From Nemertoderma westbladi (taxonomy: Eukaryota; Animalia; Xenacoelomorpha): a stretch of 62,700 nucleotides of DNA. Numbering within the stretch: position 1 is the stretch's first letter; the number at the start of each line of letters is the position of its first letter. The DNA is taken from assembly GCA_032718475.1 (NCBI GenBank), contig JAUCBJ010007935.1, positions 1 to 62,700 on the forward strand, written 5' to 3'. The notes beneath the pieces were generated by a model. The model had not been told where the DNA came from, made no database searches, and saw only the letters and a program-made list of their open reading frames with translations. The translations under genes were made by a program, and so were the position numbers. Shown here piece by piece: positions 35,886 to 47,395 of this stretch.

Positions 35886-38394
35886 ATGGACCCAAATCGC
35901 CAGATTCTCGGCGAATTACGTACAACAATCGATTTATTGGACTATCCACAGCCTGGATCTCCTAGTTTTGATATGAAGTGGAACGCCCTGTTGAACGAGA
36001 ATGTGCGAGTCATTCGTTTCTCTGGGAGGGAGGCCCCAGATACCCGTAACCTGCAGGTGCTCCGGTTGACCGACGCTAGTACGAGCCTGAAAAGGACTTG
36101 GAACTCTGAGGCAATCGGATGAGGAGAGTTGTCATTCTGGGATACGTTCCGGCGAAGCATTTACAAATCCCGGTGTTTAATATACGACAACGAGGGCAAC
36201 GCGACGCTGACTCCGAAGGCAGTTATAATGGCGCGATGTCAGAGTTTCATCGACGATAAGAGTACATATCTCGCACACTGGGGAAACCTGGCGGAATGTA
36301 CGGAGACGCTGCAAGAGGACCGAATGACAGCCATCCAAAATCGGGATGACTATAAAGAAAAATACGGGACGAAAGAGTACGGTTGGTCGCTAATCGTTGT
36401 ACTCGGAACCCTGGACAGGTTGGCAATAGTGTGTTGAATCTTTCCAACACCCCAACAGGAAATACAGGCAGCCGGGGTGATCTGGTTACTACCGTCGGCA
36501 ATCCAGAAGATCCTGTTCGACTTTGATATAATCAAAATCGGGTCAGATATAAAAGCGGACCTCCGAAACGACTACATCAACGCTCCATTCGGAAGGAACC
36601 ATAGAGAGGACATCAGCGCGATCAGCCACTTCATCGACACCCAAACCCTGCTGGCCTGGTTACGGGTCACGGACTTTATGGGAGGGTTTAGAGAGGTGAG
36701 ACGGACCAAAGCCGGTATCAGCTAGCAGTACTAAATGGCAGTTTAGATTTTAAACCACAAAGGTTCCCGGACTACAATAAAATCTACGGCGCTCATCCGT
36801 ATTTAGCGATACGTCATGAGCGGGAAAACCGTTGGAGGGATGTAGAGAGGAAGTGGACGATCCACCAACGCTGGGATAATCCGGAGCGACGGAACTAAAT
36901 TTATGTAATGATGGAGTCGTACAAGGTCGCTAAGTTTATCTGTAAAACCCTCGATAAGCTTATTAGCGCAGTCCCAAACGCTTTCATAGATTACGAATGG
37001 AACGAGGTGATCAACCACGCGTTCAAGGCGGTACAAAATATCCCACCGGGGGATACCAAGACGCTTGAAATAATCGAGGCATGGGATCTGAATGAACCAT
37101 TCGATATCCCAACGATCAACGACCTCCTTGGCGCCGAGGAACCTATAGTGTTGTCTGAAGGAGAGGAGCTATGGAAACACGAAGGTGTCCTGTTATCCAC
37201 ACCGAAATGCCAACATGAACCAGAAGTTACCTATGGATCAGCTGCTAAGCGGATAGCCGCAACTGAGCCTATGATGGACTCGGCCGTAGCTACTCCTCTT
37301 GGCTCCGGTAGTCTGGTGAGGGAATTGGTTACCACTCTCGCGCTCAGCGACTTCGATCGTATGTGCAGGGCGTTATCTCCTTACCCGTTCCCTGGAGGAG
37401 AGGACTGGTCCATGGAAACTCCAAGCACCAGTACCCAGCGGACCCGGTCGGCAATCCAAGTGACGAAGGGACCTAGTATACCACCGACTCCTGGGAACCT
37501 CCTCGGGATTACTTCGGCGAATGTTCTGGCACCCCTTCGCCGACCGGCCATTGCTACCATTCCTACCATTCCACAGGACCCGATGAGGCTCACCCGATGG
37601 TACGCGGAACAGACGGAGTGGATTCACCATCAGAAACGAGCACCTGAAATGCGTCCAGCGGACCATAAGGAGGGATACCGCAGCAAGGCCCAACTCCGCG
37701 ACAGCACGGCGTACCGTGGGCTTCCTATGATGACAATTATTCCCAAGAAGGATAAACGGTTGGAATATTACACCGGCGTGCAGAATCCGACCTTCTTCGG
37801 TCAAGAAATGAAACTCGATGTCTGCAGTAGCTGTAGTTCGGAACAGTGTCCTCGAGGTAAGAAACAAAGAGTAACCGAGCCCTGTTTCCAAATCCTCGGG
37901 ATAGTATATTGCCCATATTGCGCCATCCCGGGCCATGATGTATCGGTTTGCCCAACCATGTACAATGTATGTACAACATGCGGATTCTGTGGGCACACGG
38001 CGAGCCCACGGTGCAATATTAAATGTCCTTCTAAGGATGTTACAGCTACCGGGAACATGGTAATGTTCGAGACGTACGCCAACGTCCACATAAAGATAAA
38101 GCAATTGAGCGCTCAAAACGTTGCATAGGAGATGGCGTGCGGGTATTTCTCGTTCCCCGAACGTTACCCCCTTTACCCTTCCACTACGTGGATCTCCTAC
38201 TTAGCGCCAATCTATTTGGTCCATTTGAGGTGATTATGCGTCTATATTCGTATACGGAAGCGTTTGGAGATGGAGAATGGTTCCAGGCGGCTCGAGCCAC
38301 CGAGCTAGAAAGGAGAATGGATCTCATCGCGATACCTCCCCGAGGAAGGGCTGCCAGGAATGCAGGCGGCGGCACTTCTTGCGTCGGCCAATGA
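35886..38394 (+). pseudogene. Retrotransposon accessory ORF: DEDDy-like 3'-5' exonuclease plus Cys/His zinc-knuckle domain (disrupted)
   Basis: ORFs 35886, 36129 and 36477 share one frame, separated by single TGA stops. A frameshift at ~36720 enters the frame of ORF 36908. ExoI-like LIYDNEG, ExoII-like LPSAIQKILFDFDIIKIGSDIKADL, FIDTQ, ExoIII-like WDNP....*IYVMME, then CPYCAIPGHDVSVC and CTTCGFCGHTASPRC. Confidence 0.65.
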
Positions 38395-38647
38395 CGCCCT
38401 TCTACCCGAATTGGCGATAGACGAAAGTCGACGGGCGAAGAAAAGGAAAGCATATCAAAGTAGGAGATGAAAGACCAGGATATTTATAGACATTTATTCG
38501 AACATTTATTTTTATATATGTACGTAAACTGACTCTAGAACAAATTAATCACGGACTATGCAATAACAAAAATTGGTTTTGTATGGGGAAATGACCTTAC
38601 GCAAACTCGATCTACCGATAGACCTCACGAAGGTAATTTGGGGGGAC

Positions 38648-39977
38648 TGTTCTCGTTATTTTAATTAGCATTACGCGAGTTACATATTTTTTGGATTTAT
38701 ATTTTTATGAATGTGCCAATATCAGTGGTGGGTGCGGGAACACAAAATTTGGGCACATTTGATAAACTGGGGGCGATTTACGGGCGAAACTTGGGGGGAC
38801 AGGGCTGTCAGGGTTGCCTGATAGTTACTATGGGCCTAGACAACCTCCTTCTACTTCGGTAGTTGGTAACCCACTAGGTCTGGGGACATGGACTTCCCTT
38901 AGCGGTCCCTGGCCATCGGTGGCGACTGAGCCTGAAAAGGACTCAGGCGTTGCTTTATGTGCTAGGGATTTGCGACGGGACTGACAAATCCTAAGCGGTC
39001 CCCGGTGCGTTGGCTACGACTGAGCCTGAAAAGGGCTCGGGCAGAGTTTTCGCATTGGGGACTTGCGAAGGATTGACTGACAGGTCTGGAACGGTTCCTG
39101 GTTGTTGGCGACGACTGAGCCTGAAAGAGACTCGGGCGCCGTTAGATAAACCGGGGATTTGTGAAGGGCCGATGACCGGACGGAAAGGAAGGGTTCGACG
39201 AGGACTGACTTCCTGGTGTGGGCTCCATGACTGGCGTTAGAACGAGCCTGAAAAGGACTCGGAAAGTTCCGACAGTTGGGGCTCACAACGGGCTGACAGA
39301 CCCCTAGCTAAGCCGTACCGCTTTCCTGAGGACCGATCCTGTTAGGGTTCGGGAAGGGTGGGACGGACATGCAACAGGGTCGAAAGACAGAGGACCGGAC
39401 TTTACTGGCATACCGACTATTCGGAGCGGGTTCTCGACTCCTATCGTGATTACGAGCCTGAAAAGGACTCGGAAAGCATAGGTAGTTGGGACCCTGTGAC
39501 GCACCGACAGAATCCCGAGCTAAGCCGCGCCGCTTTCCTAATGACTGACCCGTATGGGATCAGGAAGGGTGGAGCGGACAAGCAAAGGATCGACCGACGC
39601 TGACACTACTGTTCCCTGGACTAGGACCGAGGGAAAATGGGGAACATTAGTTAGGTCAAAATCTGAAAGTTAAGCGAACAGTGGGGTAATTAAATAATTT
39701 ACTGTAGGAATTTCATGTTGTGTATTATTGTGAATATTTGGTATATTGGTGCGGGGAAGCCCAAATTATTCTCAATCAGCGTTCAGTATTTCAGAGTTCA
39801 GGTAACTATTAAAGATTAATATCCAACCAATGAAACTCTTTTCTACCCGCAACTCTGCATTTAAGATAACGTCCTTCTCCACTCCCAATAACCGGTGACT
39901 GGCCGGAATATAGTGGTCTGAAAATTCCGCCTCCAGCATCGGCGTTTTCCCCCCTGGTGTCGGGAATAACGGCAACA
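38648..39977 (+). repeat. 3' LTR of BEL element 2 (1330 bp) containing hairpin repeats
   Basis: Starts TGTT directly after the PPT and ends AACA before the TSD. Five copies of GAGCCTGAAAAGGACTC or a single-base variant. Confidence 0.9.
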
Positions 39978-40136
39978 GCATTTAAAAAAGGCATTTTGGT
40001 AAATTTTCCCCTCCCACAATTTTTAATGTGCTTTATACAAATAAATTATATTTTTACTGTGATATTAAATGAATAAAAATTGTTACTAAGTTAGTGACAA
40101 CTTTGCAGCATTCCGTCTAAACCTTCCTATAGGTCG

Positions 40137-40193
40137 CAACGCTTCAAAGAGGTACTTTGCTGACGAGGATATCACCAGAAAGCTGGTAAGTTG
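40137..40193 (+). ncRNA. Candidate type III hammerhead ribozyme (imperfect stem II)
   Basis: GCT-T, stem I CAAAG-aggta-CTTTG, core CTGACGA, GG-atatca-CC, an extra A, then GAAA-GC closing stem III. Confidence 0.4.
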
Positions 40194-42111
40194 ATATAAT
40201 GTAACAACGTTGATAATTACAGTATAATGGCGGAAATCGTCGCAAATACAAAAAGTTTTGTAGTAAATATATAATCACTTAGATATAACACGAGATATAT
40301 TAGTTTGGTATTAAATCTTTCAAGAAATCCTGCCCTGCTCTTTCTCATTAATGTGTGTTTGTCGTTTAGTAGTCGAATATTTTACACCTTGTATGTGACT
40401 TCATATACCATGTTCACCACACGTGTTTAATGTTATTATTTTAACGGAGGTTAATCGTAATTTCAGTATACAGAAAATTCAGCAAAATTCCTTTTAAGTT
40501 CGATTCCAGACTGAAGAATTCAATAAACCTAAAAGTTTACTTTTGTATCGGCAGTTACATACAACTACTATTTATTCTATTGTATTAAATTTGCTGATTT
40601 TTGTTATTGTTATACGTTTTATTCTTCGTATTTTTTTACTGTTTAGTTAGAAATGAGTTATTTTTTTGTCATTTTAGCTTTAGTTACCTGCTTAGAGCTA
40701 TAGACAGACACTACACCGTACAGAATCTTAGCTACACTAACCACACCTTATAGCTTATACACATATTATAGCTTAAGCAATAAGCATTAAGCATAGTATA
40801 CCTTTACGAATTAAATTGTTTATTCAATCCTTGGGTATGTATATATTTACTGTATATATATTCATGTGTAGTATTTATATTATGTTTATTCATTGTTAAT
40901 TGATTAATTAAATTGTATATCTATCCGAAGTATATTCATTTTTATTGTTAATTTATTAATTTTGTATGTGTGTATTATATTTATGGTGCATCGCACCCTC
41001 CTTCTTTGCGATGGTTATATTTTATTCTCTGTAAATAAAAATAAAACTACTACTACTCGTGCTCGTAGTATTGGTAGATTGTATTTATACTGAAATTGAA
41101 CTAATAAATAAATGATTGTTAATCATTAAAGTAGTAGTTACTAACACAGCATACCACCTCCATCTGGTGTATGTACCGTTCCCAGACCAACATAAAGTCC
41201 TCTGCTCATTATACGCTACGAAACCGATTATGCAACGTAATTGATCTTAATCTCGTCAGTCAAATGCTTATAAAATAAATTATTTGAAATACTTAAAGAC
41301 TTTGCTAATACGAGCCATTTTCTCATGCGGACCGTTGTACAGCAGCCCTACTAAATAACATTTATTGTTTGTACTTATATTGCGGTACACAATTAACCCA
41401 GAGAGGTTAGTCACAACTCTCAATAGACTGACTACAATTAATTCTATAGGGATTTTTTTCTATCTACATGGATTAAGTACCCACACATCCCATTGGGAAA
41501 AGGCCAGCTCTTATTATTTGTTCAAGTTCGCTATCTATTTACTAGGCCAAACCTTTATGGAACCATTGTAGTAGACACAACCTACTGTAAAGTACCTTGG
41601 TAATTAATATAATTTGTTGTTATTAATTGTTAAGTTTTTCCGTAATAATTATTTGCTGCATTTTATTTATAAGTTGTTTTTGTATTATATTTTGCAGCAT
41701 AAATTATAGGATAGGCCGTGTACTGTATAATACAATTTAAGATTTCCATTATTGTGAGAAACATTGATTAACTATTTAATAATTGGATGTGTCCTAAACT
41801 TACCGGGATATAACTATTAAAATATGACAGGCCGGTGTAAATTTCACAGATTAATTCGCAATTAATTACATTATTCTGGAATATCAATATTTCGTATCTC
41901 ACCTACTGCTCTTTTTGTTTGACTTATGTTATGCGAATTTATTCTATGAATAAATTAATAAATATATGATCCGGAAAATACATTTTTATAGACTTTTTTG
42001 GTCATTAACAAGATGATATAGAATAAAAAAAATGCGGTTCGTGAATACTTACGAACCGCGAATTTTTTGGTGAGTTTTATGGCTTATGCTTTCAAATATT
42101 ACAAGAATTAC

Positions 42112-42360
42112 CGTTCGCTGGAGGCTATTTATTGTATTTGATATTTACACAACGTTCTGGATCTATTGGTTTGTATGTAGTATGTGTAGCGACGCTATAT
42201 GTAGAGATATTGCATAGGCATATCGTTGTTGCACACGTACTCAAAGCTACCTAAACTATAGTTTAGGACGCTTTGCACTTGCACCTACTCATGAAATAAA
42301 TCATTGGTTCTAGAATGCGGTGTATTTATTAAATCCGAGATAAATAGCCTCCAGCGAACG
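42112..42360. mobile_element. MITE-like inverted-repeat element upstream of the TMC gene
   Basis: Perfect 21-bp inverted repeat CGTTCGCTGGAGGCTATTTAT / ATAAATAGCCTCCAGCGAACG, with a central hairpin CCTAAACTATAGTTTAGG. No clear TSD. Confidence 0.65.
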
Positions 42361-42652
42361 ATTGTTATTTAGTGATTAATTAGTTTTATTATGTAAGTAA
42401 CTACCGGAAAATATTGCTACAGTGTGCTTAATTATATCTGGCTATTAACAATATTATGTATAAAAGAACAATATAGTGATTTTGCTATGTAATATTCTAG
42501 AACAAAGTAGCAAATACTAGTTAGTGAAATAATGGTCAAATGTATGGTTTATGAGGGTTAGGTCAGGTCAGTAAATAATGGTCAAAATGTAGGTTTATGT
42601 TAAACCATTGAACTTATAATAAATGTGTAATTTATATTAATGTGAACTTGTG

Positions 42653-43212
42653 ATGGCATATTCATCGTCGCACCAGGGTGTTACCTTGAGCGACCTAGAT
42701 AAACGGGAGCATTCGCGGAGTAACGCACCTCTACTCGACTTCGAAGAGACGACGATCGGGGGCGCTTACGATGTACGACCTAGGGAAGGGACGAACCGCC
42801 ACGGTAGCGTGTTCCTATACTCACCGGAAGATGGCATCACGGACGAAGGGCAGGAGATCTTAGGGAATCCTGAGCGACTCATCTCGATGCTACCGAGCGC
42901 GTACCAGACGGATACGGTGTGGCGACGGATATCGAGAGAGGATCATCGGATATTCGACGACGTGCAAGGCCGTATGTCACGGAAGCGGAGGGCCTACAAT
43001 AAGTCTCGCAGACGAACCGACGCGGCGGGCAGTTCGTTGCGAGGCGACGGGGCTCCGGTCCGGAAGGTGTCGTCGCGCAACGCCGCCGTCGGGAATCTAT
43101 TAGATCACGTAGACGAAGGGATGGGTGGCGACGCGGGAACGCTGGCGAGAGAGACGACGCTCGATGCGATAAAGAGGCAGAAGTCGATGCGAGACGATCT
43201 GCAGGCAGTACG
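42653..43212 (+). CDS. Transmembrane channel-like (TMC) protein, exon 1
   Basis: ATG at 42653, open and CpG-rich. Phase-2 donor CG|GTTAG at 43213 is compatible with exon 2 and yields DDLQAVR-SIPINMEMRRQIL, resembling the TMC N-terminal helix. Confidence 0.7.
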
Positions 43213-43274
43213 GTTAGCTAATACGAAACAACATAACATACCGGTACACAGCGGGAGGTTTAGTTGTACTTAAA

Positions 43275-43877
43275 TGTGGGGCGAGACACGTAGTCGGCGA
43301 GCCTTGGCATACGGTTCATATAGGGCAAATGGGGCATGTCCGTCTGTCTGTCTGTCTGTCTGGTAAATGTTTGAACGCGAATTTCTCTGCATCGCTGGTT
43401 CGGAATTGAACCAAACTTAGTAGGTAAGTAGTAGAGAGAAAGTTTAGAAAGTTTGTAAAGTTTGGTGAAAAATCATGCATTCTGACGTCAGCTACGACAG
43501 ATTATGTGGTTTTTAGAAAATGTTAAATTTCTCGGGAAGGCCTCATTTTCCTGAGCTGAAATTTTGGTGGCCTGTAGAGAATCATGAAGTCTATCTTTTA
43601 CGAAATTGAAAAGTTAAGACATTTAATTGGGGATCCGCTAGAGACTCAGAAGTAATGACATAGGCCTACCGGTATGGTACTGCTGTACAGTGCTGCACTG
43701 GTAAGTACGAAATTGCAGAATAACAATTTGACACCACCTAGCGGATTAACATATGATTGTATATCGAATGAATACATTTATAGCATGGGATATTGGGTCC
43801 AAACTAGACATGCCCCATTTGCTCTATATGAACCGTATGCCAAGGCTTGCCGACTACGTGCTGCGCGAAGTCCCCAC
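43275..43877. mobile_element. DINE-1/HINE-like (Helentron-associated) or fold-back element in TMC intron 1
   Basis: ~55-bp inverted repeat (43287-43340 / 43807-43860), (GTCT)n microsatellite at 43343-43362, CCAAACTT and GAAATTTTGG motifs. The GTGGGGCGAG.CAC end recurs in reverse at ~1516, ~2118 and ~15437. Confidence 0.6.
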
Positions 43878-44305
43878 GAACGTGTTGTACTTTGGTTGAC
43901 TTTACGAAAACGTATACAAATAAATAATGATCCCTGAAGAACTTTTATGTACTAATTTATTTTGATAGGGATAAAATAGCAAAGTTTAATACATTATTAA
44001 GTAATTTAAACAGGACTTAGGATGATCCAAATCTATAGCAAATGGAGCGGAAAAATTGAATTCGCCACCAGCGGGGAAAAATTCTTTAATAGAAAACTAT
44101 TCAATTAATTCCGTACATAACTTAAAATTCCCCTTTTTAATGCCTAACAAAATGAACATAATTATGGTAATAATGCAATAAAGATATATTTGCGGCGGAT
44201 GTGTGAGAGACACCTAGTTAGGTAGTCGGACGATTTGAAGATAATAATTGTACTTTTAATTTCGAAATTGAGAAATGAGAAATTGAGCAAGATTTTTGAT
44301 TCACA

Positions 44306-44566
44306 ATGAAGGTACTTAGAAGCACCAGATATCCGGAAACTGCATTACAACTTGATTTGGCCACAATTGATATTAATCCACTAAAAAAAGTTATAACAAC
44401 AACTTTCAGTGCCTTGGGTGCTTGGGTCATGGATAGAGAGCAGATAAAACACATAGAAGTTAGGAAAGCAAAGGCTTGGGTAGCTCTATCAAAAATGGAT
44501 ACCATCTGGAAATCAGATCTCTCCAGGCACCTGAAGTCTAAGTTCTTTTTATACGGGGGTGAGTGA
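44306..44566 (+). mobile_element. RTE family A internal fragment(s), degenerate
   Basis: IEVRKAKAWVALSKMDTIWKSDLSRHLKSKFF matches the 30298-31977 protein. Confidence 0.85.
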
Positions 44567-45182
44567 GATCTGAACACTAACGAATTCACTTGAACAACCA
44601 ATAAACCAAACACAATAGAACAGGTTACAGTTTTATTTTTTTAGAGTAATTGGATGGGATTAATTTTTATAGCGTCCAGTTCCCCCCCCACCCCTCCCCC
44701 CTATATCTGCCATGCAGACTGCAGAGGCGTAGCAAGCCCTTCTGGCTCCCAGGGGAATGAAGCTGAGATGCCCCCCCCCCCCCCTTCAATAGTTTTAACT
44801 TTTCTATTATGACGATGATTATGATTATTTTTTCTTAAATATTATATATCTAACAGTTTACTGTAACCATATAAAATCTATTTTACACAAGTTTGATAGA
44901 GTGCACTTATAATGTATAGAATTGCGTTTGAACAGGTATCCGTACAACCGGCTATAATACAATATAGTAGCGATGTTCATCGAAATTTACAAAATATTTC
45001 GATAGATTTTACCGAAATTTTCGTATCAATGATTTTCGATTATTACCAATGTAAAATAGAAAAAAATTTAAATTATTTATTGGTTATATACTAATAGAAA
45101 AATTGTCTTTGTAAAAATAAGATAATATTTAATATTTCAAAAAATTTCTGTGTGTAAAGTGGCACTTTACAATTTGCTGTGG

Positions 45183-45270
45183 GAACGGTTTGTTACACGT
45201 TGGTGGGGGCCTTCGCGCAGCACGAGAACGGTTTGTTACACGTTGGTGGGGGCCTTCGCGCAGCACGAGA
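45183..45270. repeat. 43-bp tandem duplication
   Basis: GAACGGTTTGTTACACGTTGGTGGGGGCCTTCGCGCAGCACGA occurs twice in tandem. Confidence 0.9.
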
Positions 45271-46049
45271 ATCAATTAACCCGAGTAGCTCTAATCCGAG
45301 TAGGCCTACTTGTTTGTATTTACAATACGTGGTATTGTGATTGACAGAGGAACTGTAGGTACGCAAAATTATTAAAAATATTAATAGGTTAATAATTAAT
45401 AGGTAATTTCTATCAAATTTCAAATAAATCTGTTGGTTGGTATATATTTACAATTTGCCCTCTACTGGTCGATAGAGGAACTATAGAAGTATGTTTGTGT
45501 GTCGGTCCTCCAATTTCGAAAATGTTGACAGACCACATGTTTACCAAGTAGGGTTTAATTTCATAAATGGTTGACCGACTTATTTCGGTTTTTATCAAAA
45601 GTCTAAAACTTCTGGTGCCTACTGACAGATTGTCTGATTTTTACCAAACTTCAGATTCTTTCTAAACTTTTGAGGGACTACATCTGTACCGAGTTTGGTT
45701 TAATTTCATCAAGGAATGACCGAGTTATTAGCGATCAATACTTGGACGACGACAGATAACTCGTTAATGGAACCCCTTTGCTATGGCTTCGCTCATTTCG
45801 TGTCTCGTTCCACACATGCAGATATGAGTATTAGAATACTGTATGTTTTGTACCTTTAGCTTTATCCCAAAATTTTAACATTACAAAATTACAGAAAAAA
45901 TAGAATTAAAATAAAAACTGTATTTGAAGATTTTTTGTTTAAAATGTTTGTTATTCTATATAGTGAAAAATTAATCGAAAATCATCTCAAATGAAAAAAA
46001 AATTCGATCGATTATATTATCGACATTATTTTCGATCAATTTTGGAAAA

Positions 46050-46450
46050 CCCTATTATATACCAACTTGAAAACTTGACAAACTGGACTTGAGAGAAACG
46101 AAATTGCGGCTGCTATGGATAATCTGGAAGCCTAGAAGGATCTTATTTCCACTCTCTGAGCTCGCTCGACCTAAGTACAATGTAGTAACGTATGAAAGCA
46201 ATATGACAGGACATTGCAGGATATTTCACCGTGAGGACCAGCCAAAGCATAATCTTGTATAGGCCTACTTTGGCGGCCTCATGGAGTGAATAAGTATGGT
46301 GGACAGCCCATAACTTTCTTGAGTTGTGACGCATCTTAAAGGACACTGGCCTTGAAGATACGGATGATCTAGCAAATATCATGGGTGATAGAGAGTTTTG
46401 GCGTCGCAATTTTGTCGACTAGCCGGCACAGCATTCTTAATATAGTAGTA
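46050..46450 (+). mobile_element. Two adjacent RTE 3'-end fragments (family A 46050-46180; family B 46207-46450)
   Basis: First piece resembles the 3' end of the 30292 element. Second piece matches 51843-52050 and ends in TAGTAGTA. Confidence 0.75.
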
Positions 46451-47395
46451 CGCAATATGAGGCATTGGGTAAAATCTACGAATACTAAAGAATTTTAATA
46501 TTATTATACTTAATTCGATTCGGTTTGCGGTAGTTTCGGGGTTTAGATTGTGTTTTGGTTATTGTATTAGAGATAGGTTATGTATTTTTAATTAATAAAG
46601 TTGTAATTACCAATATACCGATGATATCTCCTGCTCTGGGAGTGATATACGATATATCATTCCCAGAGCAGGTGATTCGAACTCATTGAACACGAAGAGG
46701 GATATCCCGCATGCTAAAATAAAGCGAACCCAATTCCGCCATTTAGTATTTTCCTCTCCATTTTTTTTATACTAATCGTTCTAGAATATGACAAATATTT
46801 TTTATTCCAGAACATTTTTTTGAAAAATACCTGTATTATATTTTAAGCACATTGGAACGATTAAATCAAGTTTTGTGTATGCCTTTTGGCGTGGTGCAAT
46901 GCAGTGACTGTAATTTGTTTTAAGAATAAAAAAACCTGCTACACAAAATGTGGCGTGATGTCTGGAATACGTTATGACTATGGTTAGTGTTAATTATACA
47001 CCGCGTAAGGTTGTTTCGAATTGCGAATTGGAATTGGAATTTAAGTTCGCTATTATATAAAAATGTTCTACAAAATTGTTCAGAACTTTTTATATAATAG
47101 CGAACATGTTAAAAAGTAGGCCTACATAAAATATTAAAAATAATGAAAACTAGCTAGAGGCCTAGTATATCATTTTTGTAACTATAATAAATGTAATTAA
47201 TTAGTGAGACAAGTTCTAAATAATTGTCAAATATCGTAACTGTATATCAATCGGTGTGATATTATACAATATATCAACCGCTAAAAAGAAGTTTGTACAT
47301 GTGATAAACAATATTAATTTGTGTATGTGATTTAAAATCAACTTCATACTTATTCAATTTCTTATAACTCATACATACATAATTCATTTATTTAG

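Larger units (their letters stand above)
32757..39977 (+). mobile_element. BEL/Pao LTR retrotransposon, internally deleted, carrying an additional 3' ORF
   Basis: TGTT...AACA termini with 5-bp TSD GCATT (32752-32756 / 39978-39982). PPT GGGGGGAC immediately before the 3' LTR at 38648. Integrase has a BEL-type C-terminal domain. Confidence 0.92.
29941..40087 (-). mobile_element. Penelope-like element remnant (GIY-YIG C-terminus, pLTR with hammerhead, terminal inversion), split by RTE and BEL insertions
   Basis: Removing the BEL insert joins 39978-40033 to 32680-32751 and gives minus-strand KHIKNCGRGKFTKMPF/KCPSDDLPLLLTYEDHFINLFKP*L (one homopolymer frameshift), the E..FI..FKPxLN end of a GIY-YIG nuclease. 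Hammerhead at 30057-30096. 57-bp inverted repeat at 29941-29997 / 40031-40087. Confidence 0.7.

Noticed and set aside
36120-36437. Programmed TGA readthrough, selenocysteine or alternative genetic code in the cargo ORF
   Set aside because: The same gene also has frameshifts and a TAA stop, so ordinary decay (CGA/TGG to TGA) is the simpler explanation.
36908-38128. Envelope gene or second gag
   Set aside because: No signal peptide, transmembrane anchor or capsid-like region seen; the knuckles follow an exonuclease-like domain instead.
43213-43273. 3' tail of the 207-aa ORF as a standalone gene end
   Set aside because: It is read-through past the splice donor into TMC intron 1; likewise 48090-48103 is intronic.
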